64,000 bases of DNA from an uncultured Chthonomonadaceae bacterium. GTDB taxonomy: Bacteria > Armatimonadota > Chthonomonadetes > Chthonomonadales > Chthonomonadaceae. This document shows, piece by piece, positions 51,860 to 63,766 of the stretch (its first letter is position 1; the number at the start of each line of letters is the position of its first letter). The stretch is taken from positions 480,001-544,000 of the forward strand of contig CAWIEK010000049.1 of the NCBI GenBank assembly GCA_963835065.1. Reading direction: 5' to 3'. The notes beneath the pieces were generated by a model. The model was given only the letters and a program-made list of their open reading frames with translations. It was not told the origin of the DNA and did no database searches. A program made the translations under genes and the position numbers.

Positions 51860-54800
51860 ATGCAAGACCCCCAGCAAACCAACATTGACAGCGTGATCCA
51901 TTCCGATGACCTGCAAACCCCGCCCACCGATGTTGCCGTAGCGCGCGTCAGCAACGGTCATAGCGGCAGCGACAAAGCCGAAAAGACCGACAAGGCCAAT
52001 GGCCGCGTGAAAGTGCCCGCCGACCCCGCCAATGGCAATACCAGCAACTTCCGGCTCAACAACGCGCCCGGCCTGACCGTCGAGCGCCGCTTCACCAAAC
52101 CCGGCGAGGATGTGTACAGCACGGTGGAATGGGAACTGCGCGACGCGGTAATCTCCAATGAGCGCGGCGAAAAGGTGTTCGAGCAGAAGAATTGCGAAAT
52201 TCCCAAGTCGTGGACGCAGCTTGCCACCAATGTCGTCGTGTCCAAGTATTTCCGGGGGCACGTCGGGACGCCCGAACGCGAACACAGCGTCCGGCAATTG
52301 ATCGGGCGCGTGGCGGATACCATTGCCAACTGGGGCCGCCGAATGGACTATTTTGCGACCGAAGCCGACGCGCAAACCTTTCAGGACGAACTCACCCACA
52401 TTCTGCTGCACCAGAAAGCCGCCTTCAACTCCCCCGTCTGGTTCAACGTCGGCCTCAAAGATCAGCCGACCCCTCAGGCCTCGGCCTGCTTCATCAACAG
52501 TGTAGATGATACGATGGAGTCGATTCTGACGCTTGCCAAGACCGAGGGCATGCTGTTCAAGTTCGGCAGCGGCACGGGAACCAACCTTTCCACTTTGCGC
52601 GGCTCCAATGAAAGGCTCAAAGGCGGCGGTACGGCGTCCGGTCCTCTCTCCTTTATGCGTGGTTTCGATCAGTTCGCGGGCGCAATCAAGTGCCTGACGC
52701 CGGATGCCTACATTTACACAGAGCGAGGTATGCAAACGCTTGGCGAAGTGATTGATACCGCGCAAGCGTCCGGCTTCCACCCAACGATTCAGTTGTGCTG
52801 GCGACCAAAGATGCCCCGACGCGCATCTCGCATGTCTACGTCAGCCCGGAAGCGGAAACCTTTCGCCTGACCTTGCAGCATACCAATCTATCCCTGCGTG
52901 GAACCGGTGAACATCCTGTCTTGACACTCACGCCCGAATTTGAATTGGTGTGGAAACGCCTGACCGACCTTGCCGTTGGAGATCGCGTGGCGGTTTCGCG
53001 TCATACCGACCTGTGGCCGAACGAACCGCCTTCCTTCGCGGACTTTCAGCCCTACATGAAATCCGCCAAAAAAACGCTGACATATCCCACGCAAATGACG
53101 CCGGAACTGGCGCGATTGCTCGGCTACATGATTTCGGAAGGCTGCATGGATGCGGAACGCTTCCGCTTCTGCAATGCGGATGAGGATGTGTTCGCTGATT
53201 TCATCGCGTGTGTGCGCTCCGTTTTCGGCATTGACCCGGTTCGCAACATCAGCAAGCGCGTTCATCCGACTACGGGAGTGACCACATGGCTTTTCGAGGC
53301 TTGCTGGACAAACGCGCTCCGGTTCTTGCAGCATGTCGGCCTGACAACGGCTCTTTCTAATGCCAAAACCGTTCCCTGGAGCATTCGCTGCGCCCCGCGT
53401 TCTCTGGTGGTCGAGTTCCTGCGGGCTTATTTCGAGGGCGACGGGCACGTTTCCACGCATGTTTACGCCGCCAGCGCGTCCGAAATCGCTGCTGCGCGAA
53501 GTACAATTGTTGCTGCTGAACATGGGTATGGTGTCGCTATTGCGTCCGCATCCCGTCAACGGCAAAAACTATTGGAGCCTGTATCTGCGTGGCGAACAAG
53601 CATGGCTGTTTGTGCGCGACATCGGGTTTGTGTCCGCGCGCAAGCAACAGGCGGCACAACTGGCAGGCGACAAGAACACCAACATTGACTCCGTGCCGTT
53701 TCTTGCAGACGTGCTGCGAACGCGCGTGTATGGCAAATATTTCCGATGCGAGGATGGCGTAAGCAGGCGGCTTGGCTTCAATTTCTTTGCCCGAAGCCCT
53801 GGCACTAATCTATCTTATAAACAACTCCGCAATGCGCCGGGGGTGGTGGAGAAGGTACGCCAGATAAATTCGGATTGGGGCGCAACTCTGGAAACCATTT
53901 TGCAGCGAGAGTTCTTCTGGGACAAAGTCGCCGGTGTGGAAGCTGCGGAGGCCGCAGTCACCTACGATTTCACCGTTCCTGAGACCCATTCTTTCATCGC
54001 AAACGGCATTGTAAACCACAATAGCGGTGGAAAAACCCGGCGCGCGGCAAAAATGACATTGCTTGATATATCACACCCGGACATAGAGGCGTTCATTGTC
54101 AGCAAGGCGGCAGAAGAGAAAAAGGCATGGGCGCTGATTGACGCGGGCTACAGCGGCATGTTCAACGTGCCCGGCGGCGCGTATGACAGCGTCCAGTTCC
54201 AGAACGCCAACCATTCCGTGCGCGTCACCGATGAGTTCATGCAGACCTACCTCAAAGGCGGGCAGTGGACCACGCGCAACGTGATGGATAAGCAGCCCAA
54301 CAAAACCTACGAAGCTGCCGACCTGATGAAGAAAATCGGCGAAAGCGCGTGGATTTGCGGCGACCCCGGCATGCAATACGATACCACCATCAACAAGTGG
54401 CACACTTGCAAAAACACAGATAAAATTAATGCAAGTAATCCATGTTCAGAATTCGTTTTCCTAGATGATACCGCATGCAACCTGGCTTCATTAAATCTGA
54501 TGAAGTTCCGCAACGAGCAGTACGACTTTGATGTGGAGCCGTTCAAGCATGCCTGCCGCGTCCTGATTATTGCGCAGGAGATTCTGGTGGACAACGCCAG
54601 TTACCCGACGCCGCGCATTCAGGAAAACTCCCACGATTACCGCCCGCTCGGATTGGGCTACGCCAACCTGGGCGCGTTGCTTATGGCGCGCGGCTTGGCC
54701 TACGACAGCGATGCGGGGCGCGCGTATGCCGGCGCGATCACGGCCATGATGACGGGCGAAGCGTACCATCAGTCGGCTATCATTGCCCGCGATCACGGTT

Positions 54801-57479
54801 GGGCGTTCCCCGGCTACCACAAGAACCGCGAACCCATGCTGGATGTGATGCGGATGCACCGGCAGGCGGTAGAAGACATTGACGGCAAACTGGTTCCCGC
54901 CGAGATGATGCAGTCCGCCCGCAAGTGCTGGGACGATGCCGTAGAAGTGGGAACCGGACACGGCTATCGCAATGCGCAGACAACAGTACTTGCGCCTACA
55001 GGTTGTCTTGTCGGCAACAGCCTGGTGCTGACCAGTCGCGGCCTGGTGCGGCTGCAAAGTCTGGGCAATCCAAACGGCAGCCAGTGGCAGCCGCTGGATG
55101 TGGAAGTTTCCACGAATGAGGGGGCGCGGCAGGCCACGCAGTTCTATGTCAATGGCGCGGAACCGGTTGTCACCATCGAAACCAAACGCGGCTACCGGAT
55201 TCAGGGTACAACTCTGCACCGCATCAAGGTTGTGGACGCGCAGGGCGAATGGCAGTGGCGGCGTTTTGGCGACATTCGGCCCAACGACCGCATTCCCCTG
55301 ATGCTTGGCGGGTTGGTGGGCGTTCCGCAGCAGGTGGCGTTGCCGCCTCTTGCCGAAGCGTACTGGACGTCTGACCATGCCACATTCGCGCCGCGCCGCA
55401 TGAACGCGGAATTGGCGGAGTTCGTCGGCTACTTTATGGGCGACGGTTCGCTGCACAGCAAAGGCATTCGCCTGTGTGTCGCCAATGAAGATCCGGATGT
55501 TGTCGCGCATCTGTCCGCATTGGGCAAGCAATTGTTCGGCCTGGAAGCGGCAATTACGGCAAAGCAGGGCTATACGGAAGTGTCCTTTAATTCCGTCGCG
55601 CCTGACGCTGTGGTGGGAAGCCTGCGGGTTTGCCAAAACTGCGCCGTCTGCGGATCACAGCGGCAAAGGCTATGCGCCCCGTATTCCCGATGCCGTTTTA
55701 CATGCCAACGATCCACAAGTTTACGCGGCGTTCGTGCGCGGTTTGTTTGAAGCAGACGCCTGCTGCACGAATGGCTATGTCGCCTGGACAACCACGCACG
55801 ACCAGTTCAGTCGGGATATGCAATCCCTCCTGCTCACGCTTGGGTTTGTGACGACCCGCAAGATAGACATGCCTGGCGAAGGCAGTTTCGGGACCAACCC
55901 GAAATATGTGCTGCGCCTGCTGAACGTATCCGTGACAGGACGCTTCGGTGAAGAAGTCGGCTTTCTGTCCGCGCGCAAGCAAGCGCTGACAAGACTCGGT
56001 CAGCATCCGCAAAGCGCCAAGCACGACCAGATTCCGCTCACCCGCGAAATGGTAGACCTGCTGGCGCCGGTCAATGACAGCCTGCGCAAAAACCTGCTGA
56101 TGTCGCTGGCGCGGCACGGAACGGTATCGCGCCAGTTGGCAGAGGAACTGCTGACACGCGCCGCGCATCCCAAACTCGGCCATCTGCTCGGCTTCTTTTA
56201 CGATGAAGTGGCAACGGCGGAGTTGGGCGAGGAACAGTTTACTTACGACATTTCCGTTCCCGACAATGTCACTTACGTTGCCAACGGTTTCGTCAGCCAC
56301 AACACCATCGGCTTCCTCATGGATTGTGACACGACGGGCATTGAGCCGGATATTGCCATTGTCAAGTACAAGAACCTTGTCGGCGGCGGCGTGATGAAAA
56401 TCGTCAACAACACCGTGCCCGAAGCCCTGATGCGCCTGGGCTATTCGGAAGCGCAGGTAAAAAGCATCATCGCTTACATTGACGAGCATGACACCATCGA
56501 AGGCAATCCCGACCTCAAGCCGGAACACCTGTCCATTTTCGATTGCGCCTTCAAGCCCGGCAACGGCGAGCGTTCCATTCACTATCTTGGGCATGTCCGC
56601 ATGATGGCTGCCGCGCAGCCGTTCCTTTCCGGCGCAATTTCGAAGACGGTCAACATGCCGCATGAGGCGACGGCAGAAGAAATCATGGGCGTTTATGTCG
56701 AAGGCTGGAAACTCGGCCTCAAAGCCATTGCCATTTACCGCGACGGCTCCAAGCGCACTCAGCCGCTCATGACGAAAAAGGCGGATAAAACAGATGAGGG
56801 AAAAGGGAAAAGGGAAGAGGGAACAGAAGCCACCCCAACACCCAACACCCTTACTGTCAACAAGCCGTTGCGCCGCAAGCTGCCGGACGAGCGGGCGGCT
56901 ATGACCCACAAGTTCAGCATTGCGGGACACGAAGGCTATATTACGGTGGGCATGTACCCGGATGGAACGCCCGGCGAAATCTTCCTGACCATGAGCAAGG
57001 AAGGCTCGACGATTTCCGGCCTGATGGACTCGTTTGCAACCGCCATATCGCTCGCCTTGCAATACGGCGTTCCGCTGCAAACGCTTGTGGACAAGTTCGC
57101 GCACGCCCGGTTTGAGCCGTCCGGCGTCACCAACAACCCGGATATTCGCTTCGCCAAGTCCATCATGGATTACATCTTCCGGTGGCTCGGCTCCAAGTTC
57201 CTCAACCGCGTGCCGGAACCCACGCAACCCACGCTGTCGAATGGACACGGCGAAGAGACTGTGGCGCTTGCCGCCGATGCCCCTCCCCTGACCCTGACCG
57301 CAGCCCCGGCAGTCGAGACGCCGGTTCCGGCGCAATCGCTGTCGCTGGCCGAACGGGAACACCAGACGTTCCAAAATCAGGCTGACGCGCCTATCTGTAC
57401 GGAGTGCGGCGCAATCATGGTGCGCAACGGCGCGTGTTTCAAATGTCTGTCGTGCGGTTCCGTGTTCGGCTGTTCGTAG
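51860..57479 (+). CDS. nrdJ: Vitamin B12-dependent ribonucleotide reductase (class II) with two inteins and a C-terminal TSCPD/zinc-ribbon region
   Basis: FNSPVWFN, QASACFI, SNPCSE, ACNLASLNL, APTG|TIG, GAISKTVN; three single-base indels, all inside the inteins. Confidence 0.95.
52691..54022 (+). mobile_element. Intein 1 with LAGLIDADG homing endonuclease
   Basis: AIK|CLTPD...IANGIVNHN|SGG; LLGYMISEG and FLRAYFEGDG blocks. Confidence 0.92.
55004..56303 (+). mobile_element. Intein 2 with LAGLIDADG homing endonuclease
   Basis: APTG|CLVGN...VANGFVSHN|TIG; FVGYFMGDG and FVRGLFEADA blocks. Confidence 0.92.
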
Positions 57480-57616
57480 TGCAGACATTAGGCATCAGGC
57501 ATTAGGCATTAGAATATTCTTTTCCTGCCAAGCTGTCCGTGTGCTGTACAGTTTTGAGTAGACAGGCATTTCAAATGCCTGATGCCTGATGCCTAATGCC
57601 TCCCCGGAGATTTCTC

Positions 57617-58057
57617 ATGCTGAAAATCGTAGAAGTCCATCCTTCGGCCAACCCGCAGGGGGAATACGTGGTGCTGCAAAATCTGGGATTGGTCACGGTC
57701 AGCCTGCGCGGATGGGCGGTATGTACGGACGATTATCTGGAGGGTTGTCCGCAGGCGGCGGCGGGCGGCATGTACATTTTCCGGGAAGATATTACTGTCA
57801 GGCCGTATACCCGCGTGGTGCTGTTCACGGGTTGCGGCGAGGATGGATGGGTTCCCACGGTAGACGGCAAGCAGGCATACTGCGCGTTTTGGAAGCGAAC
57901 TGAAAGCGTGTGGAAGCGTTCACAAAACGTTCATGTGCTGCAAATCGCCACATCACGCAAGGTGATGCCGCCGGAAGGTAAAACCCCCCATACCAACCAG
58001 CCTTCTGCGCCTCCTTCCAATCAGCGCGAAGAGAAGAAAACACCACAGTTTGCATGA
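57617..58057 (+). CDS. Lamin-tail-domain-like protein
   Basis: IVEVHP...EYVVLQN.G...VSLRGW...YIF...VVLFTG.G pattern. Confidence 0.65.
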   Translation: MLKIVEVHPSANPQGEYVVLQNLGLVTVSLRGWAVCTDDYLEGCPQAAAGGMYIFREDITVRPYTRVVLFTGCGEDGWVPTVDGKQAYCAFWKRTESVWKRSQNVHVLQIATSRKVMPPEGKTPHTNQPSAPPSNQREEKKTPQFA

Positions 58058-58175
58058 ACTACGTTCACCTTGGAGTATGAATATGCCGGATTGTCCGAAC
58101 ACCGAACACCGAACACCGGCATTTTCAGGATAGAGGGAAGCGGCTTGCTCCGTATAGACAGAGTACAGGCACCAA

Positions 58176-58213
58176 AGTAACGCAGGACGCACTCGGGCGC
58201 GTCCTGCGTTACT
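58176..58213. terminator. Hairpin between convergent genes
   Basis: agtaacgcaggacgc-loop-gcgtcctgcgttact. Confidence 0.65.
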
Positions 58214-58241
58214 GTTAGACTTTAGCCGTTACTGCTGGAAT

Positions 58242-59243
58242 TTAGCGCTGCTGGGCGAAGTCGGGCGATTTGGCGGCTTGATCTTCGATGTCGCCTACCG
58301 TGCCGACGTTTTGCTGATCTCCGGGCATTGTGCCGATGGCGCCGCCCTGACGCGGACCACCATCGTGCATGGTTTCCTGATCTACAACCAGTTTTTGTGA
58401 GGCCGCGCCGCTTTTCTGCGGCGGAACGGGGAACTCGCGGTCACGCAGTTCTTCGCCAACCGCCAATTTGCCTTCGGCCTGCGTGGACAAAGCCTGCTGT
58501 GCCGGCTCGGAGGAAGATGAGGCGGGAGCGGGCGCAGCGGCGTCAACAGTTGTTGTGCCTGCCTGCGCTTTGCCGGTGTTGGCGGACATATTTCCTGACA
58601 TAGTTTCGGCTTCCATTCTTTGATTTACCCGCTCCCCTTCGCGGCCATCGGTGGACAAAGCGTTGGCTTGCAGCGCCTGATCGTACTCCTCGCTCATTTT
58701 GCCGCGCTTGCGCGAACTCCCGGAGACTGCTGTATTCGTGGTGGCCGCAGTTGCTGTCGTTGCCGTTGTCGCAATGGCGGGCGGCGCTATCATGTCCGGT
58801 GTTGCTGCGGTTGATTTGGCCGTTTTGCTTGTTCTGGCTTTCTTCGAAGTGTCAGCGGAAGTGTCGGACGGCGGCAGCGGGTTTGCCGCTTGATTTTCGA
58901 TATGTTCCGAGGCCAGTTCCGGTTCCACAAGGGCGGTACGCGCATCGTTGGTAGGCGCGGCGCTTTGCGGCATTCCAGTAACAAGCGGAACAGGAGTGCC
59001 TGTGCCTTCCGCTTGCTGCGTCAAATCTACCGTTTGAACGCCATGCGGCAAGGCATTGACGGACGGAGCGGCGGAAGTTCCCTGACGGGCCTGCATCGCC
59101 CACTTTGCGATTGCGCCTGCCACGCCCACCGCGCCCGCTCCCAAAATCAACCAGGAACGCGCCTGCCGTTTACGCGCCGCAAGCGACGTTTCCTCAAAAT
59201 CCTGCGTTTGTTTTGATTGTGGGCGTGATGACCGGGTTCGCAT
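58242..59243 (-). CDS. Hypothetical low-complexity protein with one TM
   Basis: Ala/Thr/Pro-rich; WLILGAGAVGVAGAIA segment. Confidence 0.6.
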   Translation of the reverse strand: MRTRSSRPQSKQTQDFEETSLAARKRQARSWLILGAGAVGVAGAIAKWAMQARQGTSAAPSVNALPHGVQTVDLTQQAEGTGTPVPLVTGMPQSAAPTNDARTALVEPELASEHIENQAANPLPPSDTSADTSKKARTSKTAKSTAATPDMIAPPAIATTATTATAATTNTAVSGSSRKRGKMSEEYDQALQANALSTDGREGERVNQRMEAETMSGNMSANTGKAQAGTTTVDAAAPAPASSSSEPAQQALSTQAEGKLAVGEELRDREFPVPPQKSGAASQKLVVDQETMHDGGPRQGGAIGTMPGDQQNVGTVGDIEDQAAKSPDFAQQR

Positions 59244-59430
59244 AACAAAGTCTCCCTGTTCGGCACAGTTTGGCAAAATGACGTTGATTCGCTCGCGCTT
59301 GTTCCGGCAAAGCGATGAGAAGCAAGGGCAGCAATCATCTCTCCTTATAACTGTTCCCATTCGATTCGCGTGATGCGCGTGTTGTCCATTATGTATTTTC
59401 CAGCATGTATTCCAGCAGAATTCGTTGTAC

Positions 59431-59988
59431 TCAGGAAGGTGAGGAGGCGGTGTGCTGCGCTTGTCTGCGCGAACGCCGATGGGAAGGGGACGGTGGCCCC
59501 ATCAGCAGCACCAATGTAAAACCAATCAACAAAATGATCAGCAGGATGACTGCTATCCGCCGCGTTTTTTGCGATTCCGCTTTCCGATTGCGTTCGCGTT
59601 CCGCTTCTGCCCGTTCCGCTTGATCAACTTCCCGATTCGAGTCTTCAACAAACGCGCTCAGACTTGCCCACTCTTCCACAATAGAAAGATCTTCGTGACT
59701 TATCAGATACACGGGCGAGTGGGTAAGCGCCGTATCTATCAGATGTTCGTCACCCGCCGCGCCGTGTCCAATGACGAGGTACGTCGGCTTCCAACTCGTC
59801 CTGTCGTAGTCACTGGCGCTCATGGGAAAGCGCGTGGTGTTGATAACCGCCTCAGGATCGTCGTAGAACCAGTAGACCTCCTCGTTTCCCATAGGACGGA
59901 ACGGAAACTCCCGACTGACAGCGCGATAATCGGCGGGCAGTTTCAATCCCAATTCCGCTTCAATCTTGTCCAATTGTGTATCCGTCAT
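59431..59988 (-). CDS. SMI1/KNR4 (SUKH) family protein with C-terminal TM
   Basis: LDKIEAELGLKLPADY, VIG..AAGD, VYLISHE, SLSAF. Confidence 0.8.
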   Translation of the reverse strand: MTDTQLDKIEAELGLKLPADYRAVSREFPFRPMGNEEVYWFYDDPEAVINTTRFPMSASDYDRTSWKPTYLVIGHGAAGDEHLIDTALTHSPVYLISHEDLSIVEEWASLSAFVEDSNREVDQAERAEAERERNRKAESQKTRRIAVILLIILLIGFTLVLLMGPPSPSHRRSRRQAQHTASSPS

Positions 59989-60067
59989 GTCGCGTTGACT
60001 CCTTCAAAACTGCCCCTTCACGCATAGGATCAATCCATTTCTTGTCTGCCCCGCTTTGCTCCTGCGT

Positions 60068-60167
60068 TTGTCTTGAACCATGATTTTGCATGATTAGGAG
60101 GATTAGCATGATCAGGCTGGTCTTCCTCATGGTAATCCTTTAATCCGGTAAATCCTGGTTCAGACAA
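60068..60167. repeat. ~100-bp palindromic element; inverted copy at 62363-62463
   Basis: Ends ttgtct(t)gaaccatgattt...tggttcagacaa; shared core catgattaggaggattagcatgatcagg. Confidence 0.85.
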
Positions 60168-62350
60168 TCTCCCATTCTATAGTGACAGGGCGTGAATCTG
60201 TGTATGGCAGTTGAAATTCCAGAAGGTGGGTGTCTTCCGCGTAGGTGAAGGGCAGAATGAGATTGCCTTCGTGAACCTGCGCGGGGCGCGTTTCGCACCA
60301 GGCCAGAAAACGGCCTTCGCCGCGTAAACGCATGGCAAGCCTCCGCTGCGTTGCCGTTTTTTCCATCGCGTCATATTCCAGAATCGCGCCTCCGCTGTTG
60401 TACATATCCGCAAGGCCGATAGGCGCAAAACCTTCCATGATCCGCGCAACGGTGAATATATCGCCCGTCAGCGCAGGCATCTCGATTTTCCAGCGCTCTG
60501 AAGCCTGCATTTTGCGGCACTCGCCGGTGGAATGGCGGTAAACGGCAAACTCATCAAGGCCGCGCCAATCATGTATATCAGAGGGAGAGACATGCCCGGC
60601 AATGGTTTCCGCCTGTTGTACTTCCGGTTGCGGCGCGGCAACATCCGACAGCGAGGCTTTCTCCACGTTTGCAGCGTCACCGGGTACGGGCGGCGTGTCG
60701 GGCGCATGGTAGCGCGCATTGAACACGCCAATCACGCCACACATCATCCGGCATATAATTTTCATTGAAGATTTTGAGCAGAATATTTTCTTTCGTCGGG
60801 TCGTGGAACAGGCAGTCGCGGGTCGGGAGTCCGGGATTGGGCGCGCGCAAAACGGTTCCATTGGGCAGTACCAGTTTGCGCAGTATGTCAAAGTTGTGCG
60901 TACCGGGCTTGTCGGAAACGTATACGGGACTGCCACTGACGGCGCGCGCCATCGCGTGAAATTCGCCCATCGCGTGTCCCGACTGAAACATATCCCAATC
61001 GGGGTGTACGAACTCGCCGAACCACAGGCTGACGAGCGCGTTGACGTACAGGTGTTCGCCGTGCGATTCGGGCTTGTTGGGCCAGAAATCGGTTGATGTG
61101 CGCGTGATCGTGGAATTGAGCGCGCTGTACAGCATGTCATTGGCGCAGGACATGCAGTTGATAACATTGCCGTCGAAGTGCGTGTTTACCGAGCCTTCGA
61201 GCGCCTCGTGGTAGTTGCGCATCAGGCGGACGCGCCCACCCTCGCCATACGCGATGCCTTCAATCGTGGCCTGCGTATCCACCTTCACGCCGTCCACGCC
61301 CTGTTTGCGCAGATGCCGGTGATAATCCTGAAAGAAGCGGTAAATATCCTTGCCGCTGACCAGCCCGACTGTTTCGCCCCACCATTGCGTGTTCATCATG
61401 GGACGATGGTGCAGGATTCCGGGCGCAAAACGGCGCGAAGTCGGGCGAACGTCATACTCAGGAAAGGCTTCCTCATCCACGCCGCCCCAGTAGCCATTGA
61501 GCGCATGCCAGACAAGAAACGTTTTTACGCCGTATTCTTCCTTCGCCATGCGGATCATGGGAGCCAGATCGCCCGGAAACTTTTCGTTGGCGGCAAACGC
61601 GGTCAGGCGCGTTTCGCCCGAATCGCGCTTGCGAACGGATTGCCAGCCGTCGTCCAGAATCAGCAGGCGCGGCTGTATTCCGCCCGCCTTGAAACTTTCC
61701 AGCCCCTCTTTCACTTTGTCCTGCGACACGTCCTGATAAAAAGCGTCCCACGTACACCAGCCGAATTGATCTACAAATTCGGGCAGAAACTTCTCGCTGC
61801 GGATTCGTCCCGTCTGCATCCGGTCCATGACGCTGTAGCGCGCCGCGCCCATGAGCGGATAAGGGCTGAAACAGTCAGCAATGAACAGGGCTGTGGCTTC
61901 GCTTGCGCAAACGGATGGATCGTTGGACTCGACCACCAATTCCAGGCCGTTTTCGCCCGCGCCCTGCAAACTCGCCCGAAAGTTGCCATCCAGAATGGGC
62001 GCGAACAGAATCACGCTTTCATCCGCGCGCTCGCACAGCAAGAATTGCGTTTCCGGGGGCACATCGCCGCCTGTCGCGCCCACTTTCGCGGTCATCCAGA
62101 ACGGCTCATAGCGGTGGGCGCACACAAGGCGCGTCACGTTCTGCAATTCGCCAAGCGGAAACACAAGCCGCGAACTCGGCTTTTCCGCTATGCCCCCGAC
62201 GAACACGCCGCTATCCATGGATTCGTCGGCTGCCAGAGTTGTCGCAGCGGGCATGTTGGCGAGAATAGCAACGCCATCGGCGCTTAACACGCCGTCTTCC
62301 AGCGTCCAAACCGTTTCAAAACCGCTTTCTGAGGGAACATTGATAGGCAT
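60160..62350 (-). CDS. Sip1/raffinose synthase-like alpha-galactosidase (GH36); frameshift near 60735
   Basis: FGWCTWDAFY, ILDDGWQ, VWHALNGYWGG, GVKVD, PDWDMFQS, VYVSDKPG. Confidence 0.9.
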
Positions 62351-62466
62351 AGTGGGTTCCTGTTGTCTGAACCATGATTTCACATGATTTAGATGATTAC
62401 CATGATGAAGACCAACCTGATCATGCTAATCCTCCTAATCATGAAAAATCATGGTTCAGACAATTC

Positions 62467-63766
62467 CTAATGGTACACAGGCAAAAGGTCGGCATGGGCA
62501 TGGACGCAGGCATTGAGGGTTTCGTATCCCGCCCGCTTGTCCAAAATCGTCGGGTCGAGTTCTGCCGCTTCGTATAAGCGAGTCAGGCTGCGCTCCTTTG
62601 CGGCGCGAACAATGGCGTTGGTGACATTGGCTGTTTGGCGGCACAATTCCACAATGGGCGCGGGCAGTTCAACCGCATTCGGGATGCAGTCCATCGGCGT
62701 CCGCATTGCAGGCCGTTTCTACAAAAACGTTGGGCGGCAATTGGGGAATTTGCCCCGCGTTCGGCAAGTTGAGCGAATGAAGACGCTGCGGGCGGCCATA
62801 CGCGAGGGCGGCAATCACGTCGCCGGGGCGTTCCCACGAAGGCTTTTGCAGCAGCGCGTCCCACGATTGGCTGCCGTCGGCTATGCCGCGCATCAGTTCG
62901 AGCCGCTGGTGGCGCTCGTCGGGCGAGCCGTGTCCGGGGGCAGAGCGCGAATGTTGCCCCTGTGGCGGCAGGAAATCTCGGACGTGATCGTCACCGGGCA
63001 TCAGCAAAAATCCGGTTTCGCGGGCGATTTGCTCGGAACGAACCTGTCCGCAGGTCGCGCCGTTTTGCAGTCTTTGGTGCAGGACGGGAAGCAGGTCTGC
63101 ATCCGTGTCCCGATTGCGCAGGTCGCACAGCCATGAAAAATGGTTGACGCCCGCCATTGTCGCTTTGTATTTAGCTTGCGGTTCGGCGAAAGGGTAGTAC
63201 GCGGGTTGGCTGTCGAGCAGGCGCGACAGCATCCCATAGCCCTGGATGCTGACGGAACAAAAGCCCGCCGTTTTAATTCCGTTTTCCTGCGCGGCCTGGC
63301 ACACGCGGGGCAGAGGATTGGACACGTTGAGCAGCCATGCGTTCGGGCACAAGCGCTTCATGTCGGCGGCAAGGCTTTCAATAAGCGCGATCTGGCGCAG
63401 GGAGTAGCTGATGCCCGCGATTCCGCCGAACTCCGTAACCAGATGGCCGGGCAGGAGGCTGTCAATGATTTCGCAGTCCATCGCAAAGCGCCGCCACATT
63501 TGCGGAGCCGCGCAGCAAATCACGAAATCGGCTCCGTCAAGCGCGGGTTCGCGGTCCGTATCGGCTGTGGTAACGCGGGTATCCAGTCCCATTTCCCGCG
63601 CCATGCGCCGCGCCACGCCTGCCATGCCGTCCAGCGCTTCCCGGTCAGGATCAATCAGCGCGAGTTCCAGACCGGGCAGGCGGTGGTGCAAAAGGGTCTG
63701 CTCCAGCACACTCGGCCCAAACACAAAACTCCCCGCGCCCACAACCGCCACTTTGCAGTCCGGCAT
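62467..63766 (-). CDS. GH4 NAD-dependent glycosidase (alpha-galactosidase-like); frameshift near 62680
   Basis: VVGAGSFVF, ALDGADFVI, LNVSNP, AGVNHF, NLPNAGQI...VE. Confidence 0.85.

Larger units (their letters stand above)
10081..58118. repeat. Dispersed short tandem 7-8-mer arrays, mostly as inverted pairs
   Basis: 10081-10140 (gattttc/gattgcc), 12030-12178 (gggaaca, gttgata, cctgtaa), 14731-14821, 15671-15820 (ggtattca), 24160-24262, 26035-26157 (gttgata), 26548-26668, 32709-32797, 48441-48563 (gtagtca), 50925-51077, 57487-57600 (ggcatta), 58095-58118. Confidence 0.85.

Noticed and set aside
4720..62700. Frameshifts in CHAT, PEP-CTERM, O-antigen ligase, GHL10, S55, nrdJ inteins, GH36 and GH4 as programmed frameshifting or mass pseudogenisation
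   Set aside because: They are scattered single-base indels, often at short homopolymers (e.g. caccca at ~52780, gaaatc at ~53485), with intact motifs on both sides; assembly error is the simpler explanation.
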